Below, piece after piece: positions 1 to 12,170 of a DNA stretch of 64,000 bases (position 1 is the first letter of the stretch; every line of letters starts with the position of its first letter). The notes beneath the pieces are model-generated. The model was not told where the DNA came from and did not search any database. It saw nothing but the letters and a program-made list of their open reading frames with translations. The translations under genes were made by a program, and so were the position numbers. Source of the DNA: Amoebophrya sp. A120 (Eukaryota > Protista > Dinoflagellata); assembly GCA_905178155.1 (NCBI GenBank), contig CAJINV010000002.1:434376-498375 (forward strand), in the 5' to 3' direction.

Positions 1-3000
1 TATTCAACCTTCTGATTCTGTTTAGTTTCAGTGCGGTGAGGCACAGGCAGAACTTTGTGGTTACCACTCAAACCTCCTCCGTCAACTATCCGGGAGGAAT
101 CTGCGGCTATCGCCCCTTGCGCGATTTGTTTCCCCTTGGAAAGCTCGTCTGCTTCCTTTTTTTCCCTTTCCTCATTGTCGTTCTTGTTTCCCTTTCCAGC
201 AGAAGTAGTCGTACGAGCACAGTTTGACGAAGATGCATTTCTGTACACAACGGCCGTGTCTTCCCACTTCTCCGTTGTAATCATCCCCCGCTGGTTCTGG
301 TTGTAATTCGAATATGAATAATCGCCCGAGCATGTTGAAATAGGCTGCTTTTCTCGCCCAGAAGTTTTTCCTTGCGACGACGTAGTATTCTCAACAGAAG
401 AACGTTGCGCAGAAGAACGTGGACTGCGAGCAGCGGGCGCATAATTTGAGATACAATCCTCGACCTGCCGGCAATCATTATACGATCCTTTCTTGTTCTT
501 GTCAGGCCTTTCCGCTGCTCTTCCTCCTTTGTTATAGCCGTCACCAGATTTAGAATTGTTTTTCGAGGTTTTACTTTTCGACGCCCCCTCGCCACCTTTG
601 CTGAACCACACGGAATTTTTGTTGCGTGGATGATCTATTTTGTGGCTCTGATCATGTGTCGCGAGGACCGAAATGGAAGTAGGAATTATGTCCTTTTCAA
701 CAACCAATTCGTCCGTTTGTCGGCGATCTTCTTGATATTGTTCCTTTCCATGGCGGCTAGTGCCACTGCCGCCTTGTTCCTTTCCGCTAGTACTTTTAGA
801 CGAGGACATCTTCTTTGTGTTCGTGTTCAGGTGATCCGCGCCGCTTTTTTTGTCTTCAAGAATTTTTCCAGACGATGTTGAGGAACTGCAACTGGTGGTT
901 ACAACTTGAACATCAGGAATTGTTGCTGGTTCTTGTCCCGCACAACGACCTGCTGTTGGTGGGTCTTGATGTCCCGCACAACGACCTGCTGTTGGTGTAC
1001 TACTGTACTAAGTGGAATTTTGCAGGAAACGGGAAAATTGAAAAAAATTGCCCCCTGTGCTGGATGGGATGACGGCGACGGCGGCTGGGAGCGGGGACAA
1101 CGCGGCGGTCTTTCTTACAGTTTGTTCTCATCAAAAACCATCTACACTACAGGTACAAGGAAAGTCCTTCATCAAAGTACATTCCACAGGTCCAAATAAG
1201 TCCACAAATAAGGTACAAGCAGCTTACCTCGCACAGGGACCCGCGTTTCCGCTCCACACACACACACTACGATACAAATCATCACAGAAAGAAGTGCTCT
1301 CATCTGTTATTGTTCAAAAAATCCTCTGCACTACTCACAAATAAATCCAAATAGCACATATACTACTAGGCGGCTACCACTACCTCACCGGGCTTTACCA
1401 CGTCCCATGGCGCGGCAAGATCCCCCAGTCCTCAACTCACTGCAGGCACTTGACCGTGACCAAGATGTGTTGCGCCAGGTGGTGCAACAGAGCTACAGCC
1501 TGGCGACAGACCCATTTTGCTCGTGGCCATGGTCCAAGGCATGGCGGCGTTGGTCGGGCGTTCTAGCGGTGGGTAAGTTTAACAATGGTGAGCCTGGCGA
1601 TATTTGAGATGGTTTGAAAGTATGAGTAGAGCTGTATTCGTTGATGGATTTTCAATCTCTTGATGTTTGTGCTAGTGTAGTTCCTCCGTAGTGTGTGTGT
1701 GTGTGTGTGTGGGGACCCGGCCCGACCAAGAGCGGCGAAAGGTACCTGTTAAAAGTGAGTGCTTTTTAGTATTTTCAGACGTGAATGACGCCGCCTTGAC
1801 TCCAGAAAAGGCGGAAGAGAGTGGATGAAGAAGTGCAGGGCCTGGATGCTTCTGGAAGGTCTGCTCAAGGTCGGAGCTGCGGCGACATTACCTTACCTGT
1901 CGAGCGGCTGGAGGGGAGCAATTTTTTTCAAAATTCCTGTTTCCTGCAAAATTCCCGTTAGTACTGGGTCTTGTCCCGCACAACGACCTGCTGCTGGTGT
2001 ACTGGCATCAGCATTTTTTGTTTCATCACCCCCTCCAGTCCTCTGCTGAAGCCAGTCAGAAAACCGGGGCGACTGGTGGTTTTTGTCTTTACTATTACCG
2101 CCTTTGCCATTGCCTTTGCCACCCTTGGACGTCATCGTGTGGTCCTTGCTTATTTCCTTGTTGTTCGTCTCCTGCTCTACAAGTCCGTGGTGCTGGGACG
2201 ATGGGTGTCGTGTTTTACTGTAGTTGCCAGCTGCACTGGATGAGAAATTATTAGCTGCATATGAATTCTCCTGGTGTTGTTGCCACGAAGCTCCGGACGA
2301 CGCATGAGTGGCACCTGGACCTGATGATCCTTGATGTCCCTGGTAATAATCATTCCAGGCTTCACCTTCAGCTTCTTTTCCTTCTCCTCCTCCGGCACGC
2401 TTATTGTATCTGCCAGATTTTCTGCGCGCAGCAGCACCTGCACCAGTACCAGTAGCAGACCCATCGTGATAACAGCCACTGTAATAGTCGGTCGCAGCAG
2501 CACCAGTACGTGGAGCAGGCCTCTTGTTCATATTTTGACTCTCTTCATGCCACCAGCAGCTGTCTGGCAAGCGATTCAGTTGTGTGCCTGTGCCCTCTTT
2601 CATCGTCGTCGTACTAAAGCTGGCTTCGTTAGTACTAGCATTGTTTCTCCCCCCTGGGCCCCAGGTTCTCGTGCCGCATGCCGAGTCATAATGATCGAGG
2701 TATTTGTTGTAAGAACTGGCGCAAGAACTTCTACCAGGAGATGTATTCAATCCACCGTGGAGTTGTTGCTGTTGCTGTGTACTACACCTTCTTGGGGCTG
2801 CGGGAGGCGGTGGGGGTGGGAGCGGCCGAGTGTTGTTAGAACTCGCCATACAGCCTTGCTGTGATAGGAAATTGTGGGTAGCACTACTGCTGTTGATGTA
2901 CCAAGAATGTTGGTGGCCCGAGTTTTGTTGTTCAAAGTTGTTGTATATCGAATGCAAAAATGTCTGGGTCTGCAAGATTCTGAGACTTGTCATGCATTTT

Positions 3001-6000
3001 TTGCATGACCCATGATGTCTGTGATGTGATGCATGCCCTAGCATAACAGATTTTTTGAGGGCTTCTTGATGCCTATTCCGCATGACAAATGCCCTCTCCG
3101 CGTAGGAAAAATTACATTCCCATTGCTGCTCATCCAATACAGATATTTTTGGAATCCAAATGCAGCAGCACAAGTTGCATTCTTCCAGACCCAGACATTT
3201 TTTCATTTGATATTGTAGCCGGTTCCGAAGTCATACTCGCCGGCAGATATGGGAATGTCAGGATCGAAATCGACAAAATCGAAAAATTTGTGATGCATAA
3301 AATCGATACCAGTTGGAGCCCAGTTTGTAAGTGGTGCATGACAGATTTTGCCGCTACCTAAATCCAGTTTGTCATGCTGTTTAGGCAAAGAAGACTGCTC
3401 CTGTCGTGCTACTCTGGCAGCGCATTGCATACCCCTAGCCAGGCTTACAATCGGTCTCATTTGCCTGCCCGCCAATACAGGTCTTCAGTGCCCTACATTT
3501 TCTGCATCGCAAATTTTTCGATTTTGTCGATTTCGATCCTGACACATCCATAGCAGAAGGGTAAAAGTTGTAATTCATCTTGACTCGACGTCCAGCACCA
3601 ACAGATCCTGGTCCTGCACCCGCGACTCCCCCCGCATTATAGTTGCTGTCGGTCGTCGTGTAAAAACCTTCGTAATCTTTGTACAACCCAGCACTTGTAC
3701 CGCTACTGCAAGAACCACTTCCACCACCGCCGCTGCCGGCCTGGCTTGCTGTCACCACCACGGCTGTTCCATTATACATAGTTGCACTATCGCTGAAAAT
3801 AGCACTTGATAAATCGATAGATTTCTTCGGGTGCAAATTCTGCTCCCGGAGTTGTGAGAGGAAGGATTTGGTCTTGGACAAGAGCGCAGATGACTTCCCG
3901 TTTCTTTGCGTCTCCATAGAAGTACTACTGCAGCCGGCTTCATCAAAATCTTCGTCCTCGTCATCTGAAGATGGCACTCGGTTGTTGAAAATGTTATCCG
4001 CAGTTTTTTTCACGTCCAGCGCCGTGCTGTGCGCGCGACTGAGGGCGGGATGCAGGAGTTTACTTTCACGCGCCGGATGAACAACTTGTGGCCCGGATTT
4101 CGACTTTCGTTGCGAAGCACGTACGTCGCCCCGACGATCTTCGGCCCCTTTGTCCTCGACAGTAGTTACAGTTCTATCACGACCCTGGTGTGCTGCGACG
4201 TTGGAGTTGCTACTGCACTGGCTAGTAGTGTAGTCCACCTGCTGGTGCTTCGGTTTGCAGCTCACGTTGGCAGAAGTTGTACCAGCAGAAGGGTGCTCCT
4301 TCTGCTCGATGAGCTCCTGCTGCTGCTCGTCTTCACATGTTGTCAGCACCACTACACCTTGTGTAGTCCTCATACTGCGGCGAGCAGGATCAGAAATAGC
4401 ACACGGCATCAGCGGCCCACCGGAGCTAAAGCTTCCCTGATTGTCTTGTTGTTGCCAGCTGGTTTCAATTTTTGGCGCTTCAGCTGCTGAAAACACCAGA
4501 TCCGAGGCGACCTTTGCTCTAGTCGCCTTTTGTTCTTCTTGTTCTTCTTTTCCAGCTGTGCGGCCGTCGTTGTTCTTTGCAGTACTCTCGGTATCGTCCT
4601 CGCGGGAAGAACGGTTTGAAGGTAGAGCACGGAGGTCTTCTGTCTTGTTCCCCGCCGATAGGTCCTTATTTTTACACTCAACTTCTTCCGTCACGGCTAC
4701 TGTACTAGACCTTCCCTCCTCCGGTACAACTACGCTGATAATACTATTCGACGTAACTACCCGAGGTACAACGCTTGTTTGAGCTGCTTCCAGTGAGGAT
4801 ATTAACGGAAGAAACGGGGACTGCATCATTGATGTCCCTGCACCTCCTGTTCCTGCGTAAGAAAAGTAACCCTTTCCCGGGCTCGGGCTCGGGGTTTGTC
4901 CGATGGTGGGAAAACTCCTGTCACTTTTCAGCACCGCTGGGGTTGCGACGGGTGTGTACGCGGGATCAGACGCTCGTTGATGTGCAGGTGTCGTCGACAT
5001 GATAGACGCACCTCCGGGACTGCCATGCAGCGAAGCACTTAACATCAAGTTGCGACAACTCGGCGACGCGAGAACTTGTTGCTGATACAGCGGAAGCACC
5101 CCTGGTATAATAGCTGGTCCTTGCGAAGGCGTGGAGCAAGACGATCCCGGTCCTAAAATTGTTCCTGCTGGAAAGCAAGAACTCATAGAGCTACTATTCA
5201 AACCGTAGCCAGCGCCAATCTGTGACAGACAAAATTCTGCACTTGTAGATACGGAAATCCGTCCTGTACTGGCGAATTCTGCTAGAAGTTTTGAAGCGTG
5301 GGGATTTCGCGGAGTTGCCGTAGTCGGATGTTCTTGTTGGGCTGTGGTTATTTCATTCCGCTGCGGATCTTCATTTTGCGTAGTAGGAGATGTTACAGCT
5401 ATAGTGTTGTTCATCGCAATAGCATTACCCGTTGTGCTGGCTCGCTTGTCTAGTATTTCATCTTCAACAGCGCCGCTCTCCTGCTTTACAACCTCACACG
5501 GTTGCTCCTCCTCTACAGTTGCTGCTGGTTTCGCTACATCAGAAGCTTTTGGAAAGCACGAAGCGTCCGTTTCGGCTTGTTCCACCTGCTGTTGCTCATG
5601 GGCCACCAAGACATCATTGTTCAATACAGTGGCGTGGTCACATTGGTCCTGAGCGGCCTTCGTAGACGTGGTTTTCTCCGAGCTTGCATCGCTGCCTTTT
5701 GCAACGGTGCGCTGCAGATTTAAATCGTCCAATGGCTGTTCTTCCGCGACCTTATTCTGACCTTCTGGGGCGGGATGACCATGATCAGGGGCCGATGCAG
5801 TAATTGTTTCCTCTTCATCAAGAATCTCAGCATCATCCTTGTTCGACGCTTTCATCTTGTTCATTTCCGCTTCACCAGAGGATGAACCTTCCTTCGGTAG
5901 TTCTTGTCCCTGCTCTTCTTCCTCCTCAACGTAGTTCCCAGCGGCTTCGTCCAAAAGCCTCTTCTCTGCGCTGTAGTTCGCGCTCGGCATGACCATTTCG

Positions 6001-8582
6001 TCTAGCAAATTCCGAGGTCCTCGATAAAAAACAACCTCGCCGCTGATGTTTCTCGTATGCATTGTGGTGTAACAGCCGCGCTCAAAAGGCGAGCACATGG
6101 CGGACGACGGGGTGCCGTTGCCTACGGAGTGGGGGGAGTAGGCCGCCGCGTGCTGCTGGTTGTAGTAGTTTTGGTAAGAAGTATGGTCGTGTAGTTGCTG
6201 CTGATGCAGTTGTGCCATGGCAGTCGTGGGGGAAGCCGCCGCGAAATGATTCACCAGAGACAGGCCACTCGAAGACGACGTCGAAGACGTTTGCTGCATA
6301 TCCTCAAACGACCCTGATATCGCCATCGAGTTGTGGTTGTGCTCGTAGCTGTAGTTATTTGTGTTGCCAAAATTGTCATGCTGGAATGAAATGGCACTCA
6401 TTGCCGTTTCCAAATAACCTGCTTGATGTTCCCCGCGAGGCGTGCCGGTACTGGTCGCGAAAGTGAACGTCTTACTGATACAAGAACTGCCGGTGCTATG
6501 TAATACGCCGCCGTGGCTGTGGTCATCGTCAACATGGGCCGCAACTTTGTTACAACCGGCTGCGGAGCCAGAGCAAGCTGCTGTTGCCGCCGGCTCAGGC
6601 AGGTACACACCGCCCTGCGTTGTACTAGAAGAAGCTGTGTCGGCGGCGGCTGATGCATTTGTATCTCCTCCTACACGGCTAGTACAGCTTGCAGAACTAC
6701 CACTGTAGTCTTCGTGGCCTGCACTGTGAAGAAACTCGTATTGATGTTCCTCGTTGTAAAAATTTTCGCAGCTGTTGCTCTGGTGGTCACCATGATGATG
6801 ATACCAAGAGTTGTTGTATCCAGCACAAGAACTTCGGTCATGATTCCCACCATGACTATCAAATGCAAAAATGTCTGGGTCTGGAAGAATGCAAGTTTGT
6901 CATGCTTGTCTGGCATGACTCTTGAACCTGTCATGCACGTTACCCAAGAGCCCCACTTTGCTGTCATGCAGAAACGCAGTTTGTCATGCAGAATAGGCAA
7001 CACCTAGAAGCTCAAAAGCTTGTCATGCTGAGCCAGCACTTGTGGCCTCTTCATGATACGCCACCCAGCATCACAAGTTTCCAGACCCAGACATTTTTAC
7101 AATCCATAATGACCGAAGGTGTTGACCGATTGCGCTGATGATCCCGACGATGATTCAGGGTTGTTGTTGGCGTAAAAATGCTCCTGGTGTCCTCGGTGCT
7201 GGAAATCATTTGTCCTGCTCCGGTTAAATAAACCACTATAGCCGCGGCCACTGAGTAGTCTACCTGCTGCTGGTGCACCACCGCCCGAGTCTGTCACTGT
7301 CACACCTGCTGTGTCTGTGTCAACATTGTCGCGGTCGTCATTTCGTGCCGCGACCTGGTCACCATGCGCCGAATTATTCGAATTCTGTTCTTCCATGAAC
7401 GGACTCAAAGTGAATTCCCGATTCTCGTGCAAGTGATGCGGTGTACTGGGAAAAGTGGCGGAGAGGTCCAACACTCGCTGATAGTTATCGTCCTCCATAT
7501 CGTGACTGCTTTTGTCACCAGACGCAGGAAAGCTTCTAGACAGCATGTCGTGGCTGTCCTCGGCTTCTTGCTGGGCTGCTAGTGGTGCCTGGGAGATGGT
7601 ATATGTTTTTTGTAATTTTATTTTTTCCACCGGACCTGCCCGGGCCTGCTTTTTATTCAAGAATAACGAGTGATGATCATCGTCAATTTATTGCAATAAC
7701 AGCGGTTCCTAAATCGTGGGTCGCAGGAGACAAAGCTCTTTTCTGTTTCTAATCAACTCAGCATCGCAACGTCAAAATAACCTGATCGTAGCCCTGCTGT
7801 GAAAAATAGCTCGTCCTCTCCCCCTCCACTCTCGCCTGCGTATGCGCATGCCCCGCCGGCCGCCTATGAAGATCATACTCCTGAAATTCATACCCGCAAG
7901 AACCGCCACTGCTAGAAGTACTACTTCCCCATGGGAAATGATGATGATGAAGACTTCGGTGTTGTAGTTGCTCCGCCTGCTGTACTTGCCGCGCTTGCGG
8001 AACGAACTCGACCGCGTCGGAGTTCAATCTGTTCAAACTAGTACTAGGCTTCAACGTCGAATAAAATTCCTCACTACTTCCCGCCCCTACTACAACTTCT
8101 TCTCCGCGAGTATGTAGTTCTTGCGCCGGCTCTTCAGCAGGTGTATAATGTTCCTGCGACGGCAAGGTTACACTAATCTTCGTTCCCTCAGCATTATAGC
8201 CACCTGTCTGATGCGGACCACGATGTTGACCACGACCCGTGCTGCTGCGTGCTTCTTTACCAATAAAACCAGCAGAATTGATAGTAGAATCAGGCACGCC
8301 GTCAGCCTTGCTTCTATTCCCGCCTTCGGGAACTTCGCCGTCGCCAACCGTGGCCGACGTGCTGGCCTGCGCCTTATTCTTTCCTTTCTTCTTGCCCATT
8401 CTGGTGTCTACTTCACCGGTGCGTGGGGATCGCCTTGACGCACTATCTTCTAGTGAAGAAGAAGATGAAGTAGATGATTGCTTTTTCTCCTTTTCCGGAT
8501 AGCTCTGCTCGCCAACCGTGGCGGAACGGGGCAGTTTCGGAAGGTGTATGTTACGCGGCTTACTTCCGGGTCTGGTCCGCAT
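1..8582 (-). CDS. Very large (>2,100 aa) low-complexity/disordered protein, multi-exon, 3' end runs off window start
   Basis: ORFs 7758..8582, 7097..7660, 3435..6608 and 1893..3206 plus an open frame 1007->1 join in frame. Removed: GT-AG intron 7589-7781, introners 6857-7108, 3248-3552, 2946-3212 (each plus one TSD) and GT-AG intron 1008-1964. S/T/Q/E/G-rich, no recognisable domain; start codon uncertain. Confidence 0.75.
1006..1963. mobile_element. ~0.96-kb non-autonomous TIR element (MITE-like) forming an intron
   Basis: ~50-bp imperfect TIR gtactaagtggaattttgcaggaaacgggaaaattgaaaaaaattgcccc / ggggagcaatttttttcaaaattcctgtttcctgcaaaattcccgttagtac. Minus-strand GT...AG 1964-1008 restores the host frame. 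Confidence 0.75.
2946..3212. mobile_element. Introner family A (TIR core AAATGTCTGGGTCTGGAA)
   Basis: TAT...ATA ends, TSD TTGTA; removal gives ...GTGYN-NFEQQ in frame. Confidence 0.92.
3248..3552. mobile_element. Introner family C (TIR TATGGGAATGTCAGGATCGAAATCG)
   Basis: Long TIR, TSD GCAGA; removal gives YPSA-GEYD in frame; second copy at 22359. Confidence 0.9.
6857..7108. mobile_element. Introner family A
   Basis: TSD ATGAC; removal gives FGH-GGNHD in frame. Confidence 0.92.
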
Positions 8583-11396
8583 ATCTGGATTTGTGTTTTT
8601 GAAATTGAAAGGTTGGAGTCCGCTTCTTCTGAATATAGTAGTGGCTGCTCGATAGTTCTTCTTGTACCGCTACGACCGGGCTCTCTGGGTCGTTGATCAG
8701 TACCGCGACGAGGCAGTCGCAGTGGCTGGATTCCTGATGATGTTATTTCTTCAATACTTCACAAGGACTCAGCGAAGAGTCGGCTGCGTCAATATCCCTT
8801 GTTATTTCATCATCCGTGTTGTACTGCTATAGCGTTCTTTTTCGCTCCGGACGACACAGATGCGTAGCCTTCTTCGCAACATGTTGGAGCTGAAACACTG
8901 GGGGATGAAGTGCTGCCGGTCCACCTTCCTCGATGTTGAATTGGGCCTTCAAATCCAGCCTATGTAAAGATGAAGATGTCTGCTATGGTGTTCCTTTACC
9001 TCGTCTTGGTTCTTTCTCGTTGCTACTGCGAGCAGTGTGCAACAAGACCGGCGGGGAGAGAATGTCTTGTAAAGTTTGTCAGAAAAAGTTCAGGCCCTAC
9101 TTGTTCGAGATGTAGTTTTATTTCTTGCTTGCGGAAAAAGAAAAACAGAGTCGGGATCAAAATTGTGGTCCCCTAGGCCCGAGGTGAGTCTTTGCGAAAC
9201 CTTGACGCCAAGGCGAGATGACTCCTTCGTGCGGCTAGGAATACCACTTTCAGGCTACGAGCGGACAATCGTTTGATGAAAGGGCACAACAGCTCCTCAC
9301 TTCTTGTACACGTATGTCCAGCCGATTAGAGCACGACAAAGAAGCGTCTTACTGATGTACTTGCTAAAACGTGTACGTGTGAAAGGCCGGCGGAGCCTTT
9401 CCTGGTCTAATTCCTAGAAAAGTTATGTAGAGATGAAATTGCTTTTATGCTTGTTCAGCATCAAGCAGATCTGTTTCTACCACAACGCCTGTCCTTTCTC
9501 GTCTTAACAATGTTTATTTTCAGTCGAGTGGTAACAAACTCGCAATTTAGCATGAAAGCCAGGTACTAGGGTCAAGAATGCGTAAACTAATCAGAGAAAG
9601 AAAAAAAGAACCACCCCCGTGCGCGGTGAACGTGAACCACAACCATATCATAGTGACATCGAATGAGCTGCGCCGAGATCCAGATCTGCGTTTGTAGTGA
9701 CCAACACAAAATAAATGCCGCACAAAATTGATCCGCTTTCGCTTGATGATAATGAAGAGCCACTAAAAATGATGCTGGCGACATACTGATCGTCTTCACG
9801 CTGCACGAAAATAAGTACTCTACCAAATCTCAACTACCCACTGCAGCACAGACCGCCCTAGCTACACCACCATTTATCACAGACACCTCCAGGGAAGTTT
9901 CTTTTATCTATCAATCGCACGGCGGGCATAATACACACATCATCCACACGGCAACTGTTCTATAGTCCCACATCTGGTTAGAGGAAAAGATCCTTCGTTC
10001 CGTGGTCATTTTGTGTGTCGCAATTACTTCTTACAAGAATCAGATGAAAACAATAACGCACGGATCGTATCGCAGTATAGTAAGAGTAGATCTTGATCAT
10101 GATCCTCCATCCTGCTGCGCGCGGCGGTATTATTTGTAGTGACCGTATGAGTTTGCCTCTTGATCTTCAACCTCGCCGGTGGCTCAAAGGGCCGCCACTG
10201 TCCCTAGAAAAACTCAATTGCTTGTGGTTCGTGTCAACAATATTACGCACCACACGAAGCACGACTTTTTTCTGCCACTGATAGAAGAGTTGTAAACATA
10301 AGTCATCTCCTGATGTGTGAAGGGCCCGTGTCGCGGCTTAGCAAATAGAAAGTCCAACTTCGTCCTCCGCTATGTTCCCAACGACTGTTTTTTCTTGTCA
10401 AGAAATTATCTGCAAAACCTTAAAAGCACAGGTCGAAACAATCAGAAAGTCAACAGATCATGAACCTTTGCGTTTAAGCACAGAAAACTGAGAGAAGTAC
10501 AGCGGCTTTCGTACTATGTTCTTCCGTAAAATTCTATGTCAAGAAAACCAAAACATTTTCATCTCCGGTATTACTATTAATTCGCTATGCATCTTACATG
10601 TAGTGCGAGTTGTGCCACAATCTTTTTTCCTGCAACAGCTCAAGTCTAAAAAATAGAGTAATCGGCTCCAGGAATGATCCGTGCAAACAGAAATACAGCA
10701 AAAGCAAAATTAATATAGACAAGATTTCGACATCAAAGAAGAAGAACTACTACACTACAAGGCACATCAGTAGGAGTTTTCTCAGTATCGTGTTGACAAC
10801 ATCACGAGCTAGTGCAGCTATGATATTTTTACGCCGAAGAAGTAGCTTCGTGCCCACTTGGAAGAGAACGAGGAGCGCCTTCAACTTCAGTTGCATATCG
10901 CTACAACTCAAGTATGCAGCATCACGATGTTTGTGCCTACACGGATGAAAAAGTCAAGAAGAAGAGGCAAAGTGATCAATTTGCATAGACCCCGCCCGCC
11001 TTCTCGAATAAATTTTATCACTCGTGCGCCTAACAAGAAAGCACGTTCGAGAGAATATGTGTTAGTGCAACCAGAATGATAGACAAATTCGAGACAAAAA
11101 AGAGAGGACTTCTGTGGTCGCACGTACTATGAAAGGGCACAACAGCGCCAGCGAGGAACCATTTTTCTATCGACGCCTAATTTACAACTTTCAACAAGAA
11201 AGATGTGAATAGCAGTAGCTGCTTTAAGCAAAACCTCGCTTTTTACGACAAGCGTTTAAATTCGTAGTAGAAAAGGAAACAACACAATCAAAAAATGGAA
11301 TATCCTTCAAGATTTGCAAACAGACATGTAGAGCGCTTCAAGACCACACGGTTGGAAACTTTATCCTTTTTTTTGCAAACGTTAACAGACGACTTT

Positions 11397-12170
11397 CATC
11401 AAAGCGAATGCAAAGCCGAAATCTTGTACTAATACTAATTCTGTGTGGTGCAAAATTATAGTAGCTACCTCTGGATAAGCACAAAAACGTAAAATATTCC
11501 AGCTGTTCGTGCTCCCTGCTTGTTCTATCAAAAGCCTATACAAGGTGTTTGATATGAGACGAAATCGTTGTGTTTCTTGGCACGGGAAGACGAGGTCGTA
11601 GACGTGCTAGGAATGATCAACGCGAAAAACAAAATGAGAAGATGCATCGAAAGACCAATTTCATGTTGACACGCTGCCTTGCGGATCTTCGCTCAAGATG
11701 ATGCGAAACACAAAGAGCTTCAAACTTCTGATCTAGTTGTACTTCAAGACACGCTGCACGCTGCCTTTTCGGAACAAGTACAAGACGAAGTTGGAAACAG
11801 AAAAAATAATAAGTAAAAAACACACGAAAGCTTCGAAGCAGCTGCCGCACGGGGTAGCAGTACTTGTGAACAAGAAGAATTTTTCTTTTAGTTTTACGCG
11901 ATTAAATATACTTGCTGCCGGTGCGAAGAACACTTCAACTTCATCTTGTTCAGCAAGGCAGATGAACAAGTAGAGCAGCTGCTTTCAAAACAGGAGCTTC
12001 TGAAGATGATGAAGATCCTCGGTTTGTTGCAAGAAAGCTTTGCTCGACTTTTATCTGTGATGGCTGAACAAGCCTGCTCGGCAACGGCAAGAAACGGAAA
12101 AAATAATTTTGGTGATGGTGTAGTTCTAGTTCAACATCATAGTAAGCGCCACAAGTTCATCACGCATCAA
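11397..12170. repeat. Segmental repeat copy 1 (downstream region of coiled-coil gene)
   Basis: Near-identical to ~23326-24075 and ~25028-25730; the ORF track shows the same spurious ORFs three times. Confidence 0.9.

Noticed and set aside
5202-5212. CCGTAGCCA, resembling the start of the dinoflagellate spliced leader
   Set aside because: Only 9 nt match, inside a coding exon on the opposite strand; the rest of the leader is absent.
11617-11973. Triplicated 77-78 aa ORFs (also ~23546, ~25330)
   Set aside because: They lie downstream of the coiled-coil gene stop in the duplicated block; open on both strands with no coding signal.
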